Shown in pieces: positions 46,401-60,380 of a stretch of 64,000 nucleotides of DNA; positions within the stretch are counted from its first letter, which is position 1; every line of letters begins with the position of its first letter. A model generated the notes under the pieces. That model worked only from the letters and a program-made list of their open reading frames with translations. It had not been told where the DNA came from and did not search any database. Position numbers and translations under genes: made by a program. The stretch covers positions 24,180,001-24,244,000 of the forward strand of contig OZ024752.1 in the NCBI GenBank assembly GCA_964016885.1. Reading direction: 5' to 3'. This DNA is from Eledone cirrhosa (lineage: Eukaryota).

Positions 46401-47302
46401 AAGAAGTACCACCAATCTCTGGGAGGGCTCTGTAGAGACAGTAGACAGCTTCTGCTACCTAGGTGACCGAATTAGCAGCGGAGGTGGGTGTTCAGAAAGT
46501 ACAACAACTAGGGTAAGAACGGGATGGAAGAAGTTCAGGGAACTACTGCCACTGCTAGCTGCAAAATGAAAGGCAGACTGTATGATGCGTGTATCCGAAC
46601 AGCAATGTTATATGGTAGTGAGACCTGGGCACTGAAAGTGGAAGACTTACGTAGATTAGAGAGAAACGAAGCCTGCATGCTCCGATGGATTGTAATAGTA
46701 ATATACGCGAACGGCAAAGCATAAATGAATTGAGAGAGAGACTGAGCATAAGAGGAATCAAATGCTCTGTGCAGAAGAGGCGGTTGCGTTGGTATGGACA
46801 TGTGATGCGTATGAAGGATGACAGCTGCATAAAAAGATGCAGAGCACTATAAGTCAATGGAAACCGCGGAGTGGGGAGACCCAAGAAGACCTGGGATGAG
46901 GTGATAAAAGCCGACCTTACCAAATTACACCTTTCATAGGCGATGACACACGACCGTGACTTCTGCCGTGACGCAGTAATACGGAGTACCCGACCTCCCA
47001 TGGGTACAAGCTAAAGCATATAGACAATATGCCCCCACAACCTCCCACTGCAAAGTGGTCGTGGAGGTGCCACGGCAAAAAAGCACCCAGCCCACACTGT
47101 AAAGTGTAGGCGCCACGGAAAAAAGCACCCAGCACTCACTATAAATGAGGTTGGTGTTAGGAAGGGCATCCAGCTGTAGAAATCAAGCCAAAATCAGTTC
47201 CTGTATGAGCAAGCATGGTCAGCCGACCAGACACTGCCCACAACAGGACAACCCGTCTAACCCATGCTAGAATGGAAGAACGGACGTAAAACGGTGATGA
47301 TG
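43490..47302 (+). mobile_element. Near full-length but decayed RTE LINE, same subfamily as 1-1257
   Basis: Consecutive APE and RT ORF pieces 43937-46900 with many stops and frameshifts; 3' end cggacgtaaaacggtgatgatg. Confidence 0.93.
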
Positions 47303-47503
47303 AATTATATGTATATACACACACACAAACATATATTTATATGTGTATTTGGTGTATACGTTCGTACGTGTGCAGGTATATGTGTCGCGCCGGTTTACGT
47401 CCGTGTGCGCGTGTTTATGTGTACGTGCATGTATATGCATGCATGGCGTGAGTTTTCGCATATGCACGTGTATAAATGTGTGTATGCATATATTTAATTA
47501 TTA

Positions 47504-50500
47504 CTAGCAGCAGGACCCGGCGTTGCGCGGGGTAGGAACCATGAAATAGCAACACGCATATGCAAAGATTGAGGAATGTAGTTGTGTACTTTTTGAATTC
47601 CCTTATTCTCAGGGAATGATTGTTCATCTACTGGAAACGTAGAACACCAGCAGGCAGAATCCAGTAGTAGCGGTGTCAGTGGGCTGATTGCGGAAATCCT
47701 GTATGCGAAAGGAGTAAGTGTTGTGGGGCGATGTATGTTGTAAGTCTGTTCACGAATTACGTCACAGATGGGGAACACACATCAGTCTGAAGGAGCGACG
47801 TAGTCAATTGTGTGAAAACCAAGTAGGGATGTACATTTTAGTAGGGATATTGAGATGACGAAATCAGCGTGGCAACGCAGCTGCTGCAGAAGGGGTTATG
47901 GTGCAATTAGCACAAACACTGGGCGTGCATTTACACAGCAACAAAGGTGCGACAAAAGGGGTCACTGCAGAATTAGCACAACCGCTGTTCAGCGTACTTG
48001 CGCAGAACGTTCATACTGCAGTGTATGTGCAACAAAAGGGGTCTTAGTAGAAGTAGCACAGACGTGAGTTTTATGGTGTCAATAGCACGGCAACAATAGG
48101 GCCCGGATTTGTGCGTGATGAAAGTACGAAAAATCAACAGGGTGCCGACAAATATTTTAAGGTGCTCCTCATTTTCTCAATCCCCCGAAAATGGCCCTGC
48201 TTAAAAGTAAGTAAGTGTTGTGTCCTCTGTTAAATAAACTACATTTTTGAACGAAATATTATACACTACTTACGATGTTTAAGTAGCGTTTATATTGAAA
48301 ATGAAAAAGGCATGTAATGCCCAATGCTAATTAATAAATTTCCTAGAAACCATTAATGGAATCGGAAATATTTTTGTCCACAGTAATGTGAGGGGACTAA
48401 CTAATGTGTGCTGCAAATTCCGAGGAAATCGGTTGGATTATCTTTAAGTAACGCCTCAAAAAAGACTAAAAATGCCTAAAAATGCGGTTTTTCGCCTAAT
48501 GTGGACCCTAGGGCAGAAAAAGTTAACATTTTTTTAGCCCATTGCACTTCAAGAAATATAAGTAACATATGTGTAGAGTTTGAAAAAAGTCGGTTGGGTA
48601 CTTCTCGAGTTTTAGGGATTTACACAGACAGGCAGACATCCTCTGTTTTATATTTATATATATATACTTGCAAATGACCCCCGTCCATTGGACGGTGTCA
48701 GTTCTTGGTAGGGCTGCAATGTTAATGGTCAATTTCCGTGTTGTATGTTTAACTTGGAGGATAATTTTACCTGATCAACTCTTTCAATAAAACAAAATGA
48801 GACGGTATTCAAAAAGAGCCAGTTTTATTTACAGAAATGTGTCATTAAAATGTGAACATAGAGAAATGTATCGTTAGCCGTGTCGGTTGAACAATGTGTA
48901 ATTTTTTTTATTAATAACCGAAAGACAAACAGTAAATGAGACTGGATGTCAAACCATTTTGGATTGCATGTAAAGGTGATAAAAAGATCAGGACGGCCAC
49001 AATGGCGGACATAGGTCAGAGCATCCTGCATGTTTTCATGCATGTAACGGGGGCCTCCAGTGTATGATGATGGGAGAATGACAGAAAGCCCAACATCCGA
49101 AGCATTAGCCTGATCATTTCGGTTTACTTCGTCACGTAGATTGCCGTATTCTTCTGAACGCGGTTCCTTTTGATGATGTCTTATCCATTGGAGGCGTTCA
49201 GTGTCAATCTTAGCAAATATGTCTACACAGTATTGATTGAGGAGCATCCGTGTTCTATGCAGAATGTTGACGTCGTTTTTGCGAAACATAAGTCTAAATG
49301 CATAAAATTCCATTTGTGAAATGGTTTTCCCTGGTGTAAGATGCATTAAACTTACAGGATTACCCTTTTGCAAATCAATGCGGTAGCCATCGTCGCCAAA
49401 GGGGAACAGCAATGGATACTGGAGAGCATCATATGCGGGATGAAGTTCATTTATTTTTTGAAGATGCGAGTCCTGCCATTCAATAACAATATCACGGTTT
49501 GAAGCGCTCTGATTAGGACGTGTTATAATCACCGCAACTTCATCGGTTTGGGGTCTATTAAAGCAACCCTGATGCTGCCCTGGTGGAGCGCGGTCATTTC
49601 GAATGACAACCTTGTATTGATTGTTGTTAGCATCTCTACGTTGTAAAGCAGTTTTGAAAATGGTGATGTACGGGTTTATGGAATGAAGCATATATGGAAG
49701 GGGCTGCAGAAGAGAAGGTGTCGTTCCTTTAGCAACTGAAGCCCTTCGTGCAATTTCTTCAGGTCCGTTGCCCATAAAGTAGATCTGGAGAAAACTGTGT
49801 TCTTTGCCATCTTGTGGAATAAGTGATCCTATTTGATGGTAAATTTGGCTTTGCACTTTAAATGTGGGCATATAATTCCCATCTTTTTATTGTTGTATGA
49901 CCAAAGCTTGTCATTTGGAAAGCCGAATTGTAGGCTCTTATATTTCTGAAAAAGTGTTTAGAATCAGGGTGGTCTCCAAGCAGCAGAGAATTCAAAGGTT
50001 CGGCACCGACTTGTAAATAAGGCAATCTAACCGTTCCATTGGAGCAACATATACCGGTAGATTCCGCTGGCCACCTCATTGCATTACAATGGACGCAAAC
50101 AGTTGATATACTACCAATGATGATATGTGGATGGGATGCGTAGTCCTCTTGGGGGTTGTATTGAAAACCTTCTTGGGGGTTGTATTGAAAACCTTTCTTA
50201 GACCAGTAACAGGAAGAATCCCTCGGAAAGACATAAGTACGCATTTTCCGTTGAGAATCAGCCGCAAGCCTTGTTGCCCTTTGGTCAACAGTCTCTAAAG
50301 CACGGCTATTGGAATTAAAAGCAGCATTGCGAGCACGCCGGAGTTCTGCTTGTTCAGCTTTCTGTAATGCTTTGATGTTCAAAGTAGAGGCAGCATTGTG
50401 AGCACGCTGGAGTTCTGCTTGTTCAGTTGTTTGTAATGCTCTGGCGATCGAGGTAGAAGCAGCATTGCGAGCACGCCGTAGCACACATTGTTCTTCTGTT

Positions 50501-52063
50501 TCGCTTGCGCGCAAAGAACGCAAAGCAAAAGCATTTTTTGTTTTTTTTCCAATGTTACTCTTTCTTTTTCGAGGCATTCTACCGAAAATATGTAATTGAA
50601 TAAAGCTGATACAAATCAATTAAAAGAAATAAATAGTTGTGTACAATGTGTAAATTTTTGTAATAATAAGCAAGACGAAAAAGTATATTTTATCATCTGC
50701 TTTTTCTACACGGGAATTATATATTAGATTTTCATACTTACAAAATAATTTTGCTAATATCGTGTTTAGCAGTGTCGGTTGAGCAATGTTTAAATATTTG
50801 ATTAAAAACCAAAAGACAAACAGTAAATATATTTCAACCTCTGAATAAGTATTAAAGAAATGACGATTTTCACTTTGAAAATATGATTTATGACATCAAA
50901 ACTGCTTTAGAGTTTAATTTTTTGAATAAAAAGTATCGTCTGTTATTTCTTACAATTAACACATTTATACACACACATGCACACACGCACACACATACGC
51001 ACGTACACACACACACAAACACATACACACACAAACATACACACAAACACACACACATACGCACACAATCCCAAGACGTGACGTTGTGGAAAAGGGAGAG
51101 TTAAGAAGTGTAATAAATAAGTTAAAATTATAAACACTGTATTTATCGCTAAAGTATCGTCTGTTATTTCTTACAATTAACACATTTATACACACACACA
51201 CACATGCACACACGCACACACATACGCACGTACACACACACACAAACACATACACACACAAACACATACACATACACACACACACATACGCACACAATCC
51301 CAAGACGTGACGTTGTGGAAAAGGGAGAGTTAAGAAGTGTAATAAATAAGTTAAAATTATAAACACTGTATTTATCGCTAAAGTATCGTCTGTTATTTCT
51401 TACAATTAACACATTTATACACATACACACACACATGCACACACGCACACACATACGCACGTACACACACACACACAAACACACACATACAAACACACAC
51501 ATACACACACAAACACACACACACACACAATCCCAAGACGTGACGTTGTGGAAGGGGGAGAGTTAAGAAGTGTAATAAATAAGTTAAAATTATAAACTCT
51601 GTATTTATCATATTCGCGTCACACACACTCCTCTCTTTCTTTATTTTACTCTCTCTCTCTCACTCCTCTCTTTCTATCTCCCTCTCACACATCCTTCTCT
51701 CTCTGGCCGTTATGGAAATTACACACACACACACACACACAAACACATACACACACATATACACACGCACATACACATACAATCCCATAACGTCGTGTTG
51801 TGGAAGGGGGAGAGTTAAGAACTGTGTAAAAGGAACGCTCTCTCTCTTTAATGGCCGTCATGGAACTTGTTAGTGCAAAAGCCTATAAGATTATAAAATC
51901 GAAGTTTGTGACTTCGAAATTAATCATTATGAAATAATTTTTTCTTTATGTTACAAACCGTAGCCTATTTTGGCTATGTGTTTAATTTGACAGAGATGGA
52001 TGGAATATTTTCCAAGTGAAACTCTTTTACACACACACACAGAACGGGAATTATATATATAGA
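47504..52063 (-). mobile_element. Helitron concatemer including a Rep-fragment-bearing unit
   Basis: A|CTAG plus hairpin (cccggcgttgcgcggg) at 47504; GA|T at 52063; internal termini at ~48667 (hairpin ccgtccattggacgg) and 50728; three ~230-bp CA-rich tandem units 50930-51600. Confidence 0.8.
48935..50577 (-). pseudogene. Helitron RepHel N-terminal fragment, frameshifted near 49880 and truncated after Rep motif 1
   Basis: MPRKRK.., CVHC..CCSNG zinc finger, RNIRAYNSAFQMTSFG, LQYPLLFP.G..GY, ILPSSYTGGPRYM, GRPDLFITFTCNPKW. Confidence 0.92.
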
Positions 52064-52170
52064 TATATACGTCCAACTCTTGCTAGCAGGGAAAGTGGAC
52101 ATTTAAAAGAACAACCTGCAAAATTTTATATAGACTTTAGTCTATTTCCATGCCAGTATGGATGGAATGT

Positions 52171-52219
52171 GTGTCACTGATGAAAGATTAACAAATCTTG
52201 AAACAACACTGTCTAGCAT
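52171..52219 (+). ncRNA. Type I hammerhead ribozyme
   Basis: GUGUCA-CUGAUGA-AAGAUU AACA AAUCUU-GAAA-CA ACAC UG-UC-UAGCAU; one C-A mismatch in helix I. Confidence 0.7.
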
Positions 52220-53025
52220 CCTTGAGTGGACTGGCAACTCTGTTATATATTATTAGAGGAAAATAGAGACAAATAAATTGCTTTGTTACGAAAAAATAAT
52301 TTTCTTTGATAGCAAGTCTACTAAAATGTTTTCATCTGCACCCCTATAATGCTTAACAACGTAAGATAGAAATCTGATTTTATTTTCTTGCTCTATCTCT
52401 CCTCTCTCTCTTACTTGCTGTCGCTCTCTCCCACTTCTACTCAATGAATTCCTATACAAGTTTCTCTTATTCGATTGTTTACTTTCAACTACTCCTAGTA
52501 TGTGAGTGGCCAGAAGTAAATATAACTTTGAGAAACTTGTTGAAACTATAAAACGAATGAAATGATAAAAATGCATTACATAATGGAGTTGTGAAACAAA
52601 AACTATATTTTAAACGACACTTAAAACATTTTAAACATCAAAATATTAAAACTTCATAAATATATTTAATACTCATGAGTATTTCAAAACCACACCATCT
52701 AAACATAATGTGTTGATTAGCTACTTCAGCTTATAAACGGGTTTTCGATTTTTGTGCATTTCTTAGGCATAAAATAGGAGTTTAGATTATATTTAGATCA
52801 GTTGATATTTGAGTATGTATGGTAATGTCTCTATTATGTCTAATTTAGGGAAAAGAGAAAAAAATAGAGAGGATAACAAAATATTATCAAATTCTGGATA
52901 TCACTATATATGATTACCACATTGCTCTAGATTCAGCAACCCTAGAAATAAGAAAAAGAGGTACCATTATATTAATGACTTTCTGTTTCTATTTCAAATG
53001 ACATAAACTCATTAAGCTCGAAATT

Positions 53026-53068
<43 letters not shown>

Positions 53069-53103
53069 AGAAGAAATTAAAAGATGGTTAAAAAAGTTCC
53101 ATA

Positions 53104-53173
53104 TATTTTATTATGCGCATTTCGAAAACAACATCATCCTGGGACAAAAATTGTGTTCTCATCAGATAAAATA
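53104..53173 (-). ncRNA. Type I hammerhead ribozyme (family A)
   Basis: Minus strand: UAUUUUAU-CUGAUGA-GAA.ACAAU...GUUGU.UUC-GAAA-UGCGCA-UA-AUAAAAUA; helix III palindrome AUGCGCAU. Confidence 0.85.
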
Positions 53174-53807
53174 AGGTAACATGATATGAAGCATAAAAAC
53201 ACTTGTCAACAGGAAAGTGCAAAGTCTACATATGACAGACAGAAATATAAGAGTAAGAAAAAGATAGGAAAATAGAAGAAAAGGAAAGAAGAAGTAGAAA
53301 AAGGAAAAAGAAAGTGAAGAGAGGAAAAAAGGAAAAAAGAAAGAAGGAGGAGAGAGAAAGAGAGAGAGAGAGAGACTTTTGATCAGGAACGCTGTCAAAA
53401 TGAAACAAGCTGTAAATAACGGTTAAAAAGTAAATTGATGAGATGTGTGTGCGATAAAATAAAGGGGTCGATGAAATAAAATACCAGTAATGCACTATTA
53501 ATGCTGGCCTTGTGCCAAAACGTAGAAACAATTATAGATGGTATTCAAATATTAGAGGTCTAAAATATAGAAACTGGGTATATTATTTTATATTGGGTTT
53601 AAATACTAAAAATTGGATTAAGAAGTGTAAAGATGTATTAATAAAATAAAAAAATTAAAATTAAATTAAATTAAAATAAGTATAAAAAAGATTTTTATAA
53701 AATAAAATATAATTAAAAAATAAAAATAGTCTATGTCAAAATTAAAATTTTTTATTAAAAATCTATATGTGGGGTATACTATTTAATTATTATTTTATAT
53801 CAACAAG

Positions 53808-53976
53808 GCGGTGGATTGGCAGTATCGGTAGAGGATCGGATGCCATGCTTTGAAGCATCGAGTTACCTCCCTGTATGATCTGAGTTCAAATCCCGCCGAG
53901 GTTAACTTTGCCTTTCATCCTTCCGGGGTCGATAGAATAAAGTACCAGCAATGCACATGGGTTTGATTTAATCTAC
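53808..53976 (+). mobile_element. tRNA-derived SINE with 15-bp target-site duplication
   Basis: ttttatatcaacaag at 53793-53807 and 53977-53991; B box gagttcaaatc. Confidence 0.88.
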
Positions 53977-54230
53977 TTTTATATCAACAAGTAAATAAAG
54001 GAAATTGCTAGAATGATTTATAAACGTAGAAAAACATATGACGTCATAGTTTGTTTACAAAATCTACGAAGGTTTGAACGAAAATCTAAGGCTATCGAAA
54101 AAAGGCCAAAGGCTTAATATATGCTGAGAAACTGAATTAATACATTGTAGAATATATTGAAATATGTGTAAAAAATTAACCGTTATTCGTGGAATATGTT
54201 ATAGGACATTAGCTATATACTTTGTGAAAG

Positions 54231-54263
<33 letters not shown>

Positions 54264-54399
54264 TTAATAAATAAATATATATATATTTATTTATAAAAAT
54301 AACAGATTAAAGTTTAAGCAAAGAATCGCTGTTTAACGGTGAAAGCAGTGATTCTTTGCTTAAACTTTAATCTGCTATTTTAATAAATATTATAGCATC

Positions 54400-55667
54400 T
54401 ATTTATTCTGACAAGAATCGAAATATCTGATCGTCTGCAAGTGGTGGAAATTTGTTAACGTCTGCGCGTTCCATAAAAGGGAAATAACTCGTCTCTCATC
54501 TCTATTTATACATTTGAACTGAAAAATCATTACATTACAAATTCGATTTTTGCACTTGGCGTGGGTCGATTTGAAAATTTTTTTGACCGATGTCTCCACG
54601 GGACCTTCATCTACGAGTATAGCAATTTCACCGAAATTTGAGCGTATGGTTTAAGAGGAGATGTGTGTCGACCGTGTTAGTAGACAGACAGACAACCTCA
54701 GTTTTATATATATAGACAAGCAGAAAACCACCCGGTGGGCGGTTTTCTGCTAGCAAATCTAGTGTATATACTGATATTGTTGAGATTTGGATGAGAAATG
54801 TTTTCGCCACCACATGTTCACCGTCTCTCGGTGTGTCTTTTATGCATGTATAAATATGTATGTTATCTATACGGTGAGATCTTTGAAATAAATATATGTT
54901 AAAACGAAAAAGGAGAAAAAGAGATTAGTGACGGAAATATAAACGTTATGATACATAAACGTTATGATATAACGATGGAAATATATAAACGTTTACGATA
55001 AAACGATGGAAATAGAAACGTTTATACATAATGATAAGCCGAAACACTCGTAAAGCGAAACGTATAAATAAAGATTAATGTAATGAATTTGAAAAGCATA
55101 GAGATTTGAAACCGCGTCTATTTGTTTCCTTGGCATTTTTTACAGACGGACAGACAGACAAACAAACAGAGAAATGCCCATTATATATTATAAGTAGATT
55201 CAATGGCAACCTTCTTCAAATGGTCCTTATTATCAGCAGCAACAACCACAAATTCAATGGCAACCTTCTTCAAATGGTCCTTGGCATGGTGTCAAGTCAG
55301 AACCGCCTCGAACTGGTTACTTCTGGCTTGTGCAAGGTGTCTCTATAGCAACCAGCGATTCCCTCGGCCTCAGTGACCAAAGTCAATGGAGAGGGGAAGG
55401 TAATGTTTCTATAGCGACAGTGTTTCTCTTGGTAGTACCAAAGTGGAGAAAGGAAGGGGCAGGTAATATTTCTGTAGCACGTGTTTTAGCGTCTATTCAT
55501 TCTCTCCCTCCCTCCCGCTATCCCCCTCTCGTAGTCTGTCTCTTTCTTTCACTCTCACTCTCTCTCTACGCGTGTGCAAAAAACATTCGCACGCGCGAAC
55601 GTGTTTCCACTGTCGGACAGACAGACAGACAAACAGAGAAATTGCTGGTTATATATATATAAGTAGA
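54400..55667 (-). mobile_element. Helitron-derived composite homologous to 34400-35150 plus 36320-36507 (left boundary approximate)
   Basis: High similarity to those segments; TCTACTTATA termini on the minus strand. Confidence 0.7.
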
Positions 55668-55964
55668 TTACTTTTATGATTTTAATAACCTCTGTCATTT
55701 TCGTTCAACTAATTTATTTACATTATTCTGAACTCCGAAGCCGAGAATCATTCAGTTTCCTAAATAGTATATTAGTCTACGACTCCATTTATACCATAAA
55801 CATGGTCTTGTCTTTACGTGTAATTGTTGTCACCGCTCCACATAACGACGTATTATCTTCGCTTTTTTTCATTCATTACCAGGGAATGTCTTCATGAACC
55901 CAAAGTATCATATTCCTGTTTTTCGAAATATTTACTTCTGCGTTCATAGATTGATTTTTTTTTT

Positions 55965-56015
55965 AGTTTCAGAAGATCCCGTTAAGGGTGAAAGCAGCGA
56001 TTCTTTGCTTAAACT
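55965..56015 (+). ncRNA. Hammerhead-like motif with a U4A core change (CAGAAGA)
   Basis: AGUUU-CAGAAGA-U CCC GUUAA GGG U-GAAA-GCA(9-nt loop)UGC-UU-AAACU. Confidence 0.55.
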
Positions 56016-56181
56016 TTAATCTGTTATTTTAATATATATATATATATATATATAATTGGTGTTGGATGCTTAAAGTGTCCGTATGTGGTAGGCCATTTGA
56101 GTACTCGATGCTCTCATAGAGCAGAGTATGATATCACAGAAAAAGAGAGAATCGGTGTTGAGACGAATGGAATTTATTGGT

Positions 56182-56267
56182 CATATTACAATCGTTTCTC
56201 TGGCGACCAGCTCGGAGTTCGATCAATGTGATGATCGAACCTGAAAATCGCAAGGTCCTCAGATACG
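56182..56267 (-). ncRNA. Type I hammerhead ribozyme with long stem II
   Basis: Minus strand: CGUAU-CUGAGGA-..GCGAUU..GUUCGAUCA/UGAUCGAAC..GGUCGC..-GAAA-CGAUUG-UA-AUAUG. Confidence 0.7.
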
Positions 56268-57894
56268 TCTTGATTCTACGAGATATATACATCTATCTCA
56301 AGGGCGGTGCCCCAGTATGGCCTCAGCCAGATAGCTGGAACAGGTAAAAGAGTAAAAGAATATAATATGTACGTGTATATTCACATATTGTATTTATCCT
56401 CATCACAATTTAAACTCCAATTTACATGCTAGCATGGGTCAGACGAGTTGTCCTGTTGTGTGAAAACGTAGATCAAATAACCGTGTCTTGCTCATGGAAG
56501 AACCATTTTTGGTTGGGTTCTACGGCTGGATGCCCTTCCTAACTCCAACCACATTTACAGTGTGGACTTGTTGTGTTGCTAACATGACCAACCTACAGGG
56601 TGGACTGGGTGCTTATTTGTCATGTCACCAGCATGACTACCTTGTAGGGAGGGTTAGGTGCTCTTTTGTCATATTACCTAACAGAAAGGACTCGGTGTTC
56701 TTTTGTCATGACACCTGCATGACACCTTACAGGGTTGCCTGAGGGTTTTTAGCCATTTCAGCAGCATTGGAGAACATGTTAAGCTTTCCATACTTGTATA
56801 CATGGGTTGGTCAAGAGAGGTATATCAGATGTGAAAGTGGGGGTGGGGTTATGTATGTGTAGGGTGGGGATTGGAGAGGTAGGTCAGGGTGGTGTACTTA
56901 GTAGGTAAGAGAGTGGAGTCTTAAAATGTGGAGAGGAGGAAAACTGGAACATACTTCAAACCACTAAATGTTGCTTCATCCCATGCACATGGGAATGCAG
57001 GTCTCCTGCAGTACTGTATAACGCCAGAGATTTCAATCTTGTGTCATCACCTTTGAGAGGTGCAATGGTGTCAGGTCAGTTTTTACCTCCTCATACCGAG
57101 CTTTCCTATGTCTTCCTGTTCTATCAATTTCAAGAGGTCAACCTTTTATTCAGTATCTCTACCTTCATACACATCACATGTCCATACCACAGCAATCTAC
57201 ACTCCTGTATACTGTATCTTATCCCTCTCATGCCCAGGTTCTCTCTCAGTTTATTAACATTTTGTTCTTCATGTATTTTAATATTACCCATCCATCAGAG
57301 AATTCAAGCTTCATTTCTATCCAATCTTCGGAGGTCCTCTGCCCAGTGCTCACATCTCACTACAACGCAGCATTGCTGCTCATATGCACACATCAATTTG
57401 ATGAAACAACCTTTTGTAGCTAGCAGCAGTAGTAGTACCCTAAACCTTTGCCATCTTGTTCTTACTCTGGTTTCTGTACTTTCAGAACACCTACCTCCAC
57501 TGCTAATTTGGTCATCCTGGTAACAGAAACTGTCAACTGCTTCTATGGAACCCTTTAAATATTTGATAGAGCCCATGTGAAACATACTTTCTTAGCTACC
57601 TTACCTTATATCCCACTAAATCTATAGTGTACCCATAGTCTATTTAGTGTAAATAATATTTCATACACATAACATGTAAGTGTGACCACTGGTTTCCGAG
57701 TCCACTTATGGTCACCACTGTTTATTGGGGTGAGGAACTTCCGAACAGACCCTTCATTGGGCATGCTGACAAATATATTAAAAGGAAGTTCTTTCCTCCA
57801 ACAATTTTCACCCCAAACAGACGAGGGTTTCATATTGTAAAAAAGGGAGGTAAATCTTTAGTGGTGGAATTGTCAGGCTTAATTATATATGTAA

Positions 57895-60380
57895 CTAGCA
57901 GAAGTACCCGGCGTTGCCCGGGTGTAAGTCGACCTTTGGTCTGTTAGAATGTGTGAAAGTTACTTCCCGCGCATCACAGGTTCAAAACTTCGAACTTCAA
58001 TGGAAAAAAGTAGGTTAGTAGACACAGATGTGTAATTTATTAATTGTAGTTACACAGTGTATCGTTGAAATTGTTCTCTGCACGACTGACGGAAGTCAAA
58101 ATCGCTTGATATTGAATGTTCAGTTAATTTAAAGCAGGGTGAAAATGTCGATTACTTTCAGGTTTTTTTTTTTTTACAATTTTTGCGATCACATGTGCAG
58201 AACAAGAATTAAAAGGGCCTTTATCTTAACCGCGGCATAATGGCGAGTCTTTTGTGACAGTTTTCAAGAATATAGGACGTTCCTGTAAAAAGTTTTCCCA
58301 TGTGTAACTTTGCCTTGTTTTTTTTACATCAATGCGTGATCTCTGAAGTAGATTTGAGTAGCTAAAAACCTGTCCCGGTAAATTTGCTATAGGTGAAAAA
58401 AAGTTGATCAAAATTGTATCTAGGGTTATTGCTCTTTGCCACAGCCTCAAGCCTCGTCTGACGGGATGTTGGTGATTCCTCCGTCAGCGCTTGTTGGCGA
58501 CGAAGGCGAACATCAGCAAGCCTTGTCGTACGTGATGTTGGTGACTCAACCAGCCGGGAAAGACGTCTATCAGCGAGTCGAGATTCGCGCTCAGCAGGTG
58601 TTTCCTAGAGAAAATTAATTAATTCTACTGGTTAGCTAAGCCAATGGCAGTGTCAATAGTAAATGAGAAAAGTCTAACATGAACAAAAGGGAATCAAGGT
58701 AAGACAATAAATTTAATATAACTACGATTAGAATGTTGTAGTTGCTTAAAAGTGGTGACAGTTAGGATAAACGCAGTACTTGCTAACATTAAGGGAGAAT
58801 ATTGCATAAAGGATTAATAAATTGTGAATGAACTCATACCTGAGAACGCCTAATCCGTTGTCTCAAAGCAATAGCTGTACCTTTTTGGGAGGTAAGTCTT
58901 GAACGTTTCCGTGTGGTAAGTCTTGAACGTTTCCGTGTGGGCATAACGACGTGTAAACGAAGCTGTTAGGTTAGAGAGAGGTGATTAAATACAGAGAGAG
59001 ATGACACCAGGTTCGTTAGCATGGTTACTGGTGAATGGGAAGGTTTGGAAATATGATAACTTACCAAATTTTCCCGTCTATAAATTGCACTTAAAATAAT
59101 TAAATTTAATCAAAAAACAGCTCTGCGCTTTATACTCCGGTGAGCCTTATCTATAAATAATACAATGGTAATCAATCACGGCTCTAACAGAAGTAATAGA
59201 TCTAGACTAAAAGTAAAGAAGATAGCATTTTCTGGTTGGCCTTACACGCCGTTGCGCGGACCTGATTTTAAATGATACGCCTTATATCCTGGTGAGCCTT
59301 ATAGAGCGGAAAATATCTATTGGAAAAGAATACGAATTCATGACCAAGGTGTGACAAAATAGGCGTCTATACAGCGCCTGAAACAAACTTGTCCAAAACC
59401 CTAGGATTTTTCTCGTTAAGTATCCACCCAAAAGGAACCGTTTTTTAGTTACAAAAAATAACCAAAGTGTATAGTAGCTATATTTCTGACATATCATGCC
59501 AAAAAGAACAATATATTCAAAAAATGTTCTAAAGTACATTCAATCTCTCTTTTTGACCGATATCTTAATAAGCAAGTTATCGATTTTTTATTGGCTGTGA
59601 GTGTCTATCTGCATGCAGGTGTGCACGTGTGCGCAATTAATTGCAAATACGCTCATAACATTTAGTCGTAAGCAGAACAAAAAATGCCATTAGAGGTGGG
59701 CTAATAATGAAGACACAAACCCTGGTGAACTTACGTTTAAACACCCGAAAAGTTACTCACTTCCTGTGCAAAAGACTGTATTATAAATTAAGTAATTTTT
59801 TAGAATCTTTTGTTTAAAAAAGGAAAATATTGGTACAACGTAAATTTTTTTACTTGTATTGTATGTGTACAACACAACTTGGTCAAGGTATTATTTAGTA
59901 ATTTTTTTTTCAAAAAGCATGATTATTTAAGACTGTTTGAAAATTTACTCACAGCTTTTAGGTTCACAAAAGACACCATTAAATTTGGTTCCCTTTTCAG
60001 ATAGGGATAATACTGTATTTCCACTTGAATAAGGTGGAATATGAAAAGAAACTCTTTCATGGTCGGTCGTTTACTGAGACAGCTGGCCGTCCAATCAATA
60101 GCGCACGTCCTTATATGGGCATATGAAATTTATTTTTATTGCGCCAGATGTAAACTAAGAGTTCGAATTCTTGTGTTCGAATTCACATAAAATTTCATTG
60201 GAATCGAAAAACATTCTGTCATAGGGCCCGATTATCGATTTTTCGAAAATTTCAAGTAGCCTATTCCACTCTACGCGTTGAGTTTTATATATGTGTGAGG
60301 TTTCATGAAAATTGGATGAACGGTCTAGCAGGCAAGTTCGGTACACTAAACAATGTCCATCTTCCCTTTATATATATAGA
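57895..60380 (-). mobile_element. Non-autonomous Helitron, 2486 bp
   Basis: Inserted between A and T; minus-strand 5'-TCTATATATATAAAGGG and 3' hairpin acccgggcaacgccgggt followed by CTAG; absent from duplication copy 1. Confidence 0.85.

Noticed and set aside
57895-60380. Helentron/DINE-1 classification
   Set aside because: Minus-strand 5'-TC, 3' hairpin plus CTAG and an A|T target fit canonical Helitrons.
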